A stretch of DNA of 42,679 nucleotides from Amoebophrya sp. A120 (Eukaryota; Protista; Dinoflagellata), in contig CAJINV010000035.1 of NCBI GenBank assembly GCA_905178155.1, positions 72,982-115,660 of the forward strand. Direction: 5' to 3'. The notes below the pieces were generated by a model that was not told the origin of the DNA, made no database searches, and worked only from the letters and a program-made list of their open reading frames with translations. Made by a program: the position numbers and the translations under genes. Positions 1 through 11,300 of this stretch are shown piece after piece (the first letter of the stretch is position 1; every line of letters begins with the position of its first letter).

Positions 1-205
1 GCGCGCGGGCGCTGTGGGAAAGAAGTTGCGGCCACCCTAGGTGGCCGACCAGGTTAAGGCGGGGCGCCGCGCCCCCTCTGGGGGACGCAGAGCGGCGCAC
101 GCACTTTGAACGGCCGCTCTGATCTGAAAGCGAAAACAATGCCAGCCGATCGCTGCGCCCTAGCGAGCTTCTTTGGGGCGGGTTGTGCTCCTGGGGGTGG
201 TCCAC

Positions 206-640
206 GAGAGGGTCCGGGAGAGGGTCCCGGAGAGGGTCCGGGAGAGGTTCAGAGAGGGTCCAGGAGAGGGTCGGAGAGGGTCCGGGAGAGGGTCGGAGAG
301 GTCCCGAGAGGGTCCGGCGAGAGGTAAAATAGAGGTTTCCGGAGAGGTTCGCGATAGAGGGTCGCCTAGAGGGTCGCCCTATACTATGCACCCTCTCCGA
401 CCCTCTACACCCTCTTCCCCTACCCTCTATCTGACCTCTCCCCAACCTCTACCCTACCTCTGCGCGCGTATAGCCCCGCTTTAAGGGCGTATATACGGCT
501 CACCCTCTCCCGACCCTCTCCTTTACCTCTCGTCTTACCTCTCCCCGACCCTCTCATTTTGTCCGACCCTCTATTTTACCTCTCAGACCCTCTATTTTAC
601 CTCTCCCGAACCTCTACCAAACCTCTATTGTACCCTCTCC
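206..640. repeat. Low-complexity fold-back repeat (GAGAGGGTCC-type units followed by their reverse complement)
   Basis: 206-375 is made of gagagggtcc(gg) variants and 390-640 of (cc)gaccctctc variants. gagaggtaaaatagagg (~318-335) has reverse-complement copies cctctattttacctctc at ~568-606. Confidence 0.75.
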
Positions 641-689
641 AGCCCCGTTTTCTTCCATATATAAATATAGTAATTAATATTAATTCGCA

Positions 690-851
690 GCCTCTTCTGT
701 CATGCCAAAGATGCAGTTCTTTGTCATGCGGATTGCCTATGAAAAAGCGTTTTAGGAAGTTGTCATGCAGCTGGGCTGCATTCGGAAGTGTTTCCATCAT
801 GGACATTTTAGCATGACAAGTTTCTAGACCCAGACATATTTGCATTTGATA
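690..851. mobile_element. Truncated family-1 TIR element (right end only)
   Basis: Ends in tctagacccagacatatttgcatttgata, and the preceding ~130 bp align by eye with the right half of element 28149-28410. No left TIR seen. Confidence 0.75.
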
Positions 852-1806
852 GGTTGAAAAGCGTCTGCAAGGTAACATACGGCCCAAACAGTGTTAGGTC
901 CTGCATCTTTGCACCTGTCGGAAATGCCTTTCCACCGCGGCTGTACGTGTAAGTAGTTGTAGGTGGTTTGTACAAGGATGGAGGAATAAAGCTCTGTTAC
1001 GAATGAAGCAGTGATCTTAAAGTGCAATGTCTTCTAGCAGTTGTAACTCAATAGACCACAAAAAGTGTCGTGTGGTGAAAGACAAAGAGGTGCAAACAAG
1101 TGAAGCCTCGTCAGTGTCAACATTTACATTCGGGAGCCGGAAGATTGGAAAATAAGCCAAAACGCGTAGCAGGGTGCATTGGCCGAGGAAGAAATGGCGT
1201 GGGAATCAATCGCACGCCAAGATCTACTGATTGTATCGGGGCTACTAGAAGGCCGAGTTGGCGCTGTCAAGGGTCTATTTCTAGACACTGCAAATTGAGA
1301 TTGACTTTGGGATGAAATAACGATAAGAAATCCAACATACGGATCTGCCTTATTCAGGTAGCTAGTCGCATTTATGTGCAAGTGGGATGAATACAACAAA
1401 GATACTATCACGACCTCCTGTTCACCGGAAAAAACACCGCGATATCAGTTCCGCCTTCTTGGCGCATGTCCACGAAAAGAAACAAAAAGTATTACCGACT
1501 GCAGGCGCGCCACCCACTATTGGATCATCGTCAGAAAAAAAACTGCTAGTACCGAAGCGGGCTATGATCTCGTCTCAATCTACGGAACTGAATGACCGAA
1601 CTGAAGACGTGATGCGTCGTGTCATAGGAAAAAGCAGCAGTATGTACAGGCATGTGAAATTCAAAAAAAAAGCAAGAGTTGTATGAAAAAACAAACCGAC
1701 GCGAGGACTCCATATCCTTGTGTTGTACGGCGGCTCATGCGCTTTTTACGCTGTCAAAAAAGAGAAACACATGGTAGAGGACGCATGTTGAAAGTGGTGA
1801 CGGTGG

Positions 1807-4070
1807 GAAAAGACTGCCGAAACCCAAAATTCGAGATCAGCTGGAACCCCGACCACAAATCTCCGTTTGCGGTAAAACTGACTGCTTTTGACCCACCAGA
1901 CCCTCGTGGTATCACCTCAGCAATCGTTCAAAATGCCGCATCCTTAGAGAGACCCGTACTTGAAGTACGGGTCTCTCCGGAGGAACAGGAAAATAACCCT
2001 CGTTTTCCCAGGATACCGTCGGGGTAACAGGGGGAAAAGAACACCAAGACCCAAAATCGGCTTCCCGCGCCACGTGGAGGCCAAAATCTGCCCGGTCCGT
2101 AAATTTGGCAGGTTTGGGACGACCATACCATCGTTGATTTGGTCGAAACCCATGACAAATCCCGTGATCTCAGAGAGACCCCGACTTCAAGTCGGGGTCT
2201 CTCCCTGCGTTCGCAAAAGCAGCGGCTTTTTCCAAAGCATACCATCGCGCGAAGGCACGAAAAAGAGTGCCGAGCCCCAAAATCTGAGATCAGCTGGTTC
2301 CCAGACCACAAATCTCCGTTTGCGGTAAAGCTGACAGCTTTTGACCCACCATACCCTCGTGGTATCACCCCTGCAAACGTTCAAAATGCCGCATCCGGGG
2401 AGAGACCCGTACTTCAAGTACGGGTCTCTCCGGAAGAACAGGAAAATGGCTTTCGTTTTCCCCCCATACCGTCGAGGTAACAGGGCAAAAAACGCACCAA
2501 AACCCAAATTCGGCTTCCCGAGCCACGGCGAGGCCAGAATCTGCCTGGTGTGTAAATTTCACAGGTTTGCGACGACCATACCACCGGTGATTTGGTCAAA
2601 AAGCATTACAAATACCGTGATCTCAGAGAGACCCCGACTTGAAGTCGGGGTCTCTCCCAGAGTTCGCAAAAACAGTGGCTGTTTTCATAGAATACCATCG
2701 CGCTAAGGCACGGAAAAGAGTGCCGAGACCCAAAACTCGAGATCAGCTGGGCTCCAGACCACAAATCTCCGTTTGCGGTGAAACGGACTGCTTTTGAGCC
2801 ACCATACCCTCGCGGTATCACCTCAGCAAGCGTTCAAAATACCGCATCCGCAGAGAGACCCGTACTTGAAGTACGGGTCTCTCCGGAGGAACGCAAAAAT
2901 AGCTTTTGTGTTCCCAGCATACCCTCGGGATAACAGGGCGAAAAGAGCCCCCAAACCCAGAATCGGCTTCCCGAGCCACGGCGAGGCCAGAATCTGCCCA
3001 GTGTGCAAATTTCACAGGTTTTGGACGACCATACCATCGGCGATTTGGTCAAAACCCATGACAAATTCCGTGATCTCAGAGAGACCCCGACTTGAAGTCG
3101 GGGTCTCTCCCTGCGTTCGCAAAAGCAGCGGCTTTTTCCAAAGCATACCATCGCGCGAAGGCACGAAAAAGAGTGCCGGGCCTCAAAATTCGAGATCAGT
3201 TGGCTCCCGGGCCACAAATCTCCGTTTGCGGTGAAACGGACTGCTTTTGAGCCACCATACCCTCGTGGTATCACCCCTGCAAGTGTTCATAATGCCGCAT
3301 TCGCGGAGAGACCCGTACTTGAAGTACGGGTCTCTTCCGAGGAACGCAAAAGTAGCTTTCGTTTCCCCAGCATAGCATCGGGATAACAGGGCGAAAAGAG
3401 CCCCCAAACCCAAAATCTGCGTCCCGCGCCACCGCGAGGCCAGAATCTGCCGCCTGTGTAACTTTGGCAGGTTCGTCACGACCATACCATCGGCATTTTG
3501 GTCAAAACCCATGACAAATTCCGTGATCTCAGAGAGACCCCGACTTCAAGTCGGGGTCTCTCCATGAGTTCGCAAAAACAGTGGTTGTTTTCATAGAATA
3601 CCATCGCGCAAAGGCATGGAAAAGACTGCCGAAGTCCAAAATTCGAGATCAGCTGCGCTCCAGACCACAAGTCTCCGTTTGCGGTAAAACTGCCTGCTTT
3701 TGAGCCACCATACCGTCGCGCGAGCACCTTTGCAAGCGTTCAATATGCCGCATTCGCAGAGAGACCCGTACTTGAAGTACGGGTCTCTCCGGAAGATCGC
3801 AAAAGTACCTTCCGGCTTCCCAGGATACCGTCGGGGTAACAGGGCGGAAAAAGCACCAAAACCCAAAATCGGCTCCCCGAGCCACTGCGAGGCCAGAATC
3901 TGCCGGGTGTGTCAATTTCACAGGTTTGGGACAACCGTACCGTCGGTCTATGCTTCAAAACCCATGACAAATTCCGTGATCTCAGAGAGACCCCGACTTG
4001 AAGTCGGGGTCTCTCCGTGAGTTCGCAAAAACAGCGGCTTTTTGCAAAGCATACCATCGCGCCAAGGCAA
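1807..4070. repeat. 453-bp tandem repeat, 5 diverged copies; each is a dimer of 226/227-bp subunits carrying a 31-bp palindrome
   Basis: Palindrome centres at 1962, 2188, 2415, 2641, 2868, 3094, 3321, 3547, 3774 and 4000, alternating GAGAGACCCGTACTT-S-AAGTACGGGTCTCTC and GAGAGACCCCGACTT-S-AAGTCGGGGTCTCTC. Confidence 0.95.
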
Positions 4071-7000
4071 GGAAGAAGTGGGAAATCTGTGATGCAAATT
4101 CTGGCGAACCAGAATCGACCAGAATTTGCATCACAAAGCCCCACCTTCTAAAGTTTTACACTGCAGCTATTTCCGTGCGACAGCGTGGCCATTTTTTGGC
4201 CAAGAAGAAGTGGGAAATCTGTGATGCAAATTCTGGCGAACCAGAATCGACCAGAATTTGCATCACAAAGCCCCACCTTCTAAAATTTTACACTGCAGCT
4301 ATTTCCGTGCGACAGCGTGGCCATTTTTTGGCCAAGAAGAAGTGGGAAATCTGTGATGCAAATTCTGGCGAACCAGAATCGACCAGAATTTGCATCACAA
4401 AGCCCCACCTTCTAAAATTTTACACTGCAGCTATTTCCGTGCGACAGCGTGGCCATTTTTTGGCCAAGAAGAAGTGGGAAATCTGTGATGCAAATTCTGG
4501 CGAACCAGAATCGACCAGAATTTGCATCACAAAGCCCCACCTTCTAAAATTTTACACTGCAGCTATTTCCGTGCGACAGCGTGGCCATTTTTTGGCCAAG
4601 AAGAAGTGGGAAATCTGTGATGCAAATTCTGGCGAACCAGAATCGACCAGAATTTGCATCACAAAGCCCCACCTTCTAAAATTTTACACTGCAGCTATTT
4701 CCGTGCGACAGCGTGGCCATTTTTTGGCCAAGAAGAAGTGGGAAATCTGTGATGCAAATTCTGGCGAACCAGAATCGACCAGAATTTGCATCACAAAGCC
4801 CCACCTTCTAAAATTTTACACTGCAGCTATTTCCGTGCGACAGCGTGGCCATTTTTTGGCCAAGAAGAAGTGGGAAATCTGTGATGCAAATTCTGGCGAA
4901 CCAGAATCGACCAGAATTTGCATCACAAAGCCCCACCTTCTAAAATTTTACACTGCAGCTATTTCCGTGCGACAGCGTGGCCATTTTTTGGCCAAGAAGA
5001 AGTGGGAAATCTGTGATGCAAATTCTGGCGAACCAGAATCGACCAGAATTTGCATCACAAAGCCCCACCTTCTAAAATTTTACACTGCAGCTATTTCCGT
5101 GCGACAGCGTGGCCATTTTTTGGCCAAGAAGAAGTGGGAAATCTGTGATGCAAATTCTGGCGAACCAGAATCGACCAGAATTTGCATCACAAAGCCCCAC
5201 CTTCTAAAATTTTACACTGCAGCTATTTCCGTGCGACAGCGTGGCCATTTTTTGGCCAAGAAGAAGTGGGAAATCTGTGATGCAAATTCTGGCGAACCAG
5301 AATCGACCAGAATTTGCATCACAAAGCCCCACCTTCTAAAATTTTACACTGCAGCTATTTCCGTGCGACAGCGTGGCCATTTTTTGGCCAAGAAGAAGTG
5401 GGAAATCTGTGATGCAAATTCTGGCGAACCAGAATCGACCAGAATTTGCATCACAAAGCCCCACCTTCTAAAATTTTACACTGCAGCTATTTCCGTGCGA
5501 CAGCGTGGCCATTTTTTGGCCAAGAAGAAGTGGGAAATCTGTGATGCAAATTCTGGCGAACCAGAATCGACCAGAATTTGCATCACAAAGCCCCACCTTC
5601 TAAAATTTTACACTGCAGCTATTTCCGTGCGACAGCGTGGCCATTTTTTGGCCAAGAAGAAGTGGGAAATCTGTGATGCAAATTCTGGCGAACCAGAATC
5701 GACCAGAATTTGCATCACAAAGCCCCACCTTCTAAAATTTTACACTGCAGCTATTTCCGTGCGACAGCGTGGCCATTTTTTGGCCAAGAAGAAGTGGGAA
5801 ATCTGTGATGCAAATTCTGGCGAACCAGAATCGACCAGAATTTGCATCACAAAGCCCCACCTTCTAAAATTTTACACTGCAGCTATTTCCGTGCGACAGC
5901 GTGGCCATTTTTTGGCCAAGAAGAAGTGGGAAATCTGTGATGCAAATTCTGGCGAACCAGAATCGACCAGAATTTGCATCACAAAGCCCCACCTTCTAAA
6001 ATTTTACACTGCAGCTATTTCCGTGCGACAGCGTGGCCATTTTTTGGCCAAGAAGAAGTGGGAAATCTGTGATGCAAATTCTGGCGAACCAGAATCGACC
6101 AGAATTTGCATCACAAAGCCCCACCTTCTAAAATTTTACACTGCAGCTATTTCCGTGCGACAGCGTGGCCATTTTTTGGCCAAGAAGAAGTGGGAAATCT
6201 GTGATGCAAATTCTGGCGAACCAGAATCGACCAGAATTTGCATCACAAAGCCCCACCTTCTAAAATTTTACACTGCAGCTATTTCCGTGCGACAGCGTGG
6301 CCATTTTTTGGCCAAGAAGAAGTGGGAAATCTGTGATGCAAATTCTGGCGAACCAGAATCGACCAGAATTTGCATCACAAAGCCCCACCTTCTAAAATTT
6401 TACACTGCAGCTATTTCCGTGCGACAGCGTGGCCATTTTTTGGCCAAGAAGAAGTGGGAAATCTGTGATGCAAATTCTGGCGAACCAGAATCGACCAGAA
6501 TTTGCATCACAAAGCCCCACCTTCTAAAATTTTACACTGCAGCTATTTCCGTGCGACAGCGTGGCCATTTTTTGGCCAAGAAGAAGTGGGAAATCTGTGA
6601 TGCAAATTCTGGCGAACCAGAATCGACCAGAATTTGCATCACAAAGCCCCACCTTCTAAAATTTTACACTGCAGCTATTTCCGTGCGACAGCGTGGCCAT
6701 TTTTTGGCCAAGAAGAAGTGGGAAATCTGTGATGCAAATTCTGGCGAACCAGAATCGACCAGAATTTGCATCACAAAGCCCCACCTTCTAAAATTTTACA
6801 CTGCAGCTATTTCCGTGCGACAGCGTGGCCATTTTTTGGCCAAGAAGAAGTGGGAAATCTGTGATGCAAATTCTGGCGAACCAGAATCGACCAGAATTTG
6901 CATCACAAAGCCCCACCTTCTAAAATTTTACACTGCAGCTATTTCCGTGCGACAGCGTGGCCATTTTTTGGCCAAGAAGAAGTGGGAAATCTGTGATGCA

Positions 7001-7537
7001 AATTCTGGCGAACCAGAATCGACCAGAATTTGCATCACAAAGCCCCACCTTCTAAAATTTTACACTGCAGCTATTTCCGTGCGACAGCGTGGCCATTTTT
7101 TGGCCAAGAAGAAGTGGGAAATCTGTGATGCAAATTCTGGCGAACCAGAATCGACCAGAATTTGCATCACAAAGCCCCACCTTCTAAAATTTTACACTGC
7201 AGCTATTTCCGTGCGACAGCGTGGCCATTTTTTGGCCAAGAAGAAGTGGGAAATCTGTGATGCAAATTCTGGCGAACCAGAATCGACCAGAATTTGCATC
7301 ACAAAGCCCCACCTTCTAAAATTTTACACTGCAGCTATTTCCGTGCGACAGCGTGGCCATTTTTTGGCCAAGAAGAAGTGGGAAATCTGTGATGCAAATT
7401 CTGGCGAACCAGAATCGACCAGAATTTGCATCACAAAGCCCCACCTTCTAAAATTTTACACTGCAGCTATTTCCGTGCGACAGCGTGGCCATTTTTTGGC
7501 CAAGAAGAAGTGGGAAATCTGTGATGCAAATTCTGGC
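4071..7537. repeat. 132-bp satellite, ~26 near-identical copies
   Basis: Exact 132-bp period, with one substitution seen in the first unit. Each unit holds the inverted repeat TGTGATGCAAATTCTGG-14 nt-CCAGAATTTGCATCACA. Confidence 0.98.
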
Positions 7538-7555
7538 GTTGGCGAACCAGAATCA

Positions 7556-7760
7556 GCGGAAACGTATCAGCCAAACTTCTAACTTTTCACTATCAAAAGT
7601 GCGAAGATTGTGAGGCGCAAATCTGGGTGGAAGGGAAGACGCCAGATTTTGCATCACAAACTTGGCACTTCTGGTTGCAACAAAATGCAACTGTATCCTA
7701 TTGATATTTTTCGAAATTTTCCACAACCAAAAGTGCCAGGATTGTGAAGCGCAAATCTGG
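7556..7760. repeat. One full and one degenerate copy of the 134-bp unit, separated from the main array
   Basis: Same sequence as the 8346-14580 unit (gtatcagccaaacttctaacttttca...ccagattttgcatcacaaacttggc), decaying after ~7670. Confidence 0.85.
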
Positions 7761-7789
7761 CTCGGGCCTTCGGCAGTGGTTGGGGCCTT

Positions 7790-8345
7790 CGGCAGCATAC
7801 CACGCGGCTTTCCCTCGCCGCGCCTCAGAAGAGCAAGTATCTGGCGGTCGCACCTCTGCAGGCCAGATCCCAGGTTCTCTTCGGGTTTGGGGCCCCGCTG
7901 CCGCCCGACGCTGGTCACTTTCATCGCGAATCCGACGGACCGTCGGATTCGCGAACAAAATGACCAGCATGAGTTGGGCTGTCGGCAGCATACCATGCGG
8001 CTTTCCCTCGCCGCGCCTCAGAAGAGCAAGTATCTGGCGGTCGCACCTCTGCAGGCCAGATCCCAGATTCTCTTCGGGTTTGGGGCCCTGCTGCCGCCCG
8101 ACGCTGCTCACTTTCATCGCGAATCCGACGGACCGTCGGATTCGCGAACAAAATGACCAGCATGAGTAGGGCTGTCGGCAGCATACCATGCGGCTTTCCC
8201 TCGCCGCGCCTCAGAAGAGCAAGTATCTGGCGGTCGCACCTCTGCAGGCCAGATTACAGATTCTCTTCGGGTTTGGGGCCCTGCTGCCGCCCGACGCTGG
8301 TCACTTTCATCGCGAATCCGACGGACCGTCGGATTCGCGAACAAA
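7790..8345. repeat. 193-bp tandem repeat, ~2.9 copies, each with a 31-bp palindrome
   Basis: cggcagcatacc recurs at 7790, 7983 and 8176. Palindrome TCGCGAATCCGACGG-A-CCGTCGGATTCGCGA first at 7924-7954. Confidence 0.95.
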
Positions 8346-11300
8346 GTGGCCAGCTTTGCAACACAAACTTGGCCCTTCTGATTTTCGGGAAATGCAGCGG
8401 AAATGTATCAGCCAAACTTCTAACTTTTCACTATCAAAAGTGCGAAGATTGTGAGGCGCAAATCTGGGTGGAAGGGAAGACGCCAGATTTCGCATCACAA
8501 ACTTGGCCCTTCTGATTTTCGGGAAATGCAGCGGAAATGTATCAGCCAAACTTCTATTACTTTTCAGTATCAAAAGTGCGAAGATTGTGAGGCGCAAATC
8601 TGGGTGGAAGGGAAGACGCCAGATTTTGCATCACAAACTTGGCCCTTCTGATTTTCGGGAAATGCAGCGGAAATGTATCAGCCAAACTTCTAACTTTTCA
8701 ATATCAAAAATGCGAAGATTGTGAGGCGCAAATCTGGGTGGAAGGGAAGACGCCAGATTTTGCATCACAAACTTGGCCCTTCTGATTTTCGGGAAATGCA
8801 GCGGAAATGTATCAGCCAAACTTCTAACTTTTCAGTATCAAAAGTGCGAAGATTGTGAGGCGCAAATCTGGGTGGAAGGGAAGACGCCAGATTTTGCATC
8901 ACAAACTTGGCCCTTCTGATTTTCGGGAAATGCAGCGGAAATGTATCAGCCAAACTTCTAACTTTTCAGTATCAAAAGTGCGAAGATTGTGAGGCGCAAA
9001 TCTGGGTGGAAGGGAAGACGCCAGATTTTGCATCACAAACTTGGCCCTTCTGATTTTCGGGAAATGCAGCGGAAATGTATCAGCCAAACTTCTAACTTTT
9101 CAGTATCAAAAGTGCGAAGATTGTGAGGCGCAAATCTGGGTGGAAGGGAAGACGCCAGATTTTGCATCACAAACTTGGCCCTTCTGATTTTCGGGAAATG
9201 CAGCGGAAATGTATCAGCCAAACTTCTAACTTTTCAGTATCAAAAGTGCGAAGATTGTGAGGCGCAAATCTGGGTGGAAGGGAAGACGCCAGATTTTGCA
9301 TCACAAACTTGGCCCTTCTGATTTTCGGGAAATGCAGCGGAAATGTATCAGCCAAACTTCTAACTTTTCAGTATCAAAAGTGCGAAGATTGTGAGGCGCA
9401 AATCTGGGTGGAAGGGAAGACGCCAGATTTTGCATCACAAACTTGGCCCTTCTGATTTTCGGGAAATGCAGCGGAAATGTATCAGCCAAACTTCTAACTT
9501 TTCAGTATCAAAAGTGCGAAGATTGTGAGGCGCAAATCTGGGTGGAAGGGAAGACGCCAGATTTTGCATCACAAACTTGGCCCTTCTGATTTTCGGGAAA
9601 TGCAGCGGAAATGTATCAGCCAAACTTCTAACTTTTCAGTATCAAAAGTGCGAAGATTGTGAGGCGCAAATCTGGGTGGAAGGGAAGACGCCAGATTTTG
9701 CATCACAAACTTGGCCCTTCTGATTTTCGGGAAATGCAGCGGAAATGTATCAGCCAAACTTCTAACTTTTCAGTATCAAAAGTGCGAAGATTGTGAGGCG
9801 CAAATCTGGGTGGAAGGGAAGACGCCAGATTTTGCATCACAAACTTGGCCCTTCTGATTTTCGGGAAATGCAGCGGAAATGTATCAGCCAAACTTCTAAC
9901 TTTTCAGTATCAAAAGTGCGAAGATTGTGAGGCGCAAATCTGGGTGGAAGGGAAGACGCCAGATTTTGCATCACAAACTTGGCCCTTCTGATTTTCGGGA
10001 AATGCAGCGGAAATGTATCAGCCAAACTTCTAACTTTTCAGTATCAAAAGTGCGAAGATTGTGAGGCGCAAATCTGGGTGGAAGGGAAGACGCCAGATTT
10101 TGCATCACAAACTTGGCCCTTCTGATTTTCGGGAAATGCAGCGGAAATGTATCAGCCAAACTTCTAACTTTTCAGTATCAAAAGTGCGAAGATTGTGAGG
10201 CGCAAATCTGGGTGGAAGGGAAGACGCCAGATTTTGCATCACAAACTTGGCCCTTCTGATTTTCGGGAAATGCAGCGGAAATGTATCAGCCAAACTTCTA
10301 ACTTTTCAGTATCAAAAGTGCGAAGATTGTGAGGCGCAAATCTGGGTGGAAGGGAAGACGCCAGATTTTGCATCACAAACTTGGCCCTTCTGATTTTCGG
10401 GAAATGCAGCGGAAATGTATCAGCCAAACTTCTAACTTTTCAGTATCAAAAGTGCGAAGATTGTGAGGCGCAAATCTGGGTGGAAGGGAAGACGCCAGAT
10501 TTTGCATCACAAACTTGGCCCTTCTGATTTTCGGGAAATGCAGCGGAAATGTATCAGCCAAACTTCTAACTTTTCAGTATCAAAAGTGCGAAGATTGTGA
10601 GGCGCAAATCTGGGTGGAAGGGAAGACGCCAGATTTTGCATCACAAACTTGGCCCTTCTGATTTTCGGGAAATGCAGCGGAAATGTATCAGCCAAACTTC
10701 TAACTTTTCAGTATCAAAAGTGCGAAGATTGTGAGGCGCAAATCTGGGTGGAAGGGAAGACGCCAGATTTTGCATCACAAACTTGGCCCTTCTGATTTTC
10801 GGGAAATGCAGCGGAAATGTATCAGCCAAACTTCTAACTTTTCAGTATCAAAAGTGCGAAGATTGTGAGGCGCAAATCTGGGTGGAAGGGAAGACGCCAG
10901 ATTTTGCATCACAAACTTGGCCCTTCTGATTTTCGGGAAATGCAGCGGAAATGTATCAGCCAAACTTCTAACTTTTCAGTATCAAAAGTGCGAAGATTGT
11001 GAGGCGCAAATCTGGGTGGAAGGGAAGACGCCAGATTTTGCATCACAAACTTGGCCCTTCTGATTTTCGGGAAATGCAGCGGAAATGTATCAGCCAAACT
11101 TCTAACTTTTCAGTATCAAAAGTGCGAAGATTGTGAGGCGCAAATCTGGGTGGAAGGGAAGACGCCAGATTTTGCATCACAAACTTGGCCCTTCTGATTT
11201 TCGGGAAATGCAGCGGAAATGTATCAGCCAAACTTCTAACTTTTCAGTATCAAAAGTGCGAAGATTGTGAGGCGCAAATCTGGGTGGAAGGGAAGACGCC

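Noticed and set aside
1947-4015. Paired BsaI sites (GAGACC...GGTCTC) suggesting a synthetic construct
   Set aside because: They lie within naturally diverged repeat copies and no vector features are present.
3998-7582. 1194-aa ORF of 44-aa repeats
   Set aside because: It arises because the 132-bp unit is a multiple of three with no stop in one frame. It starts at a TTG inside another repeat, shows almost no synonymous variation, and the conserved feature is a DNA hairpin.
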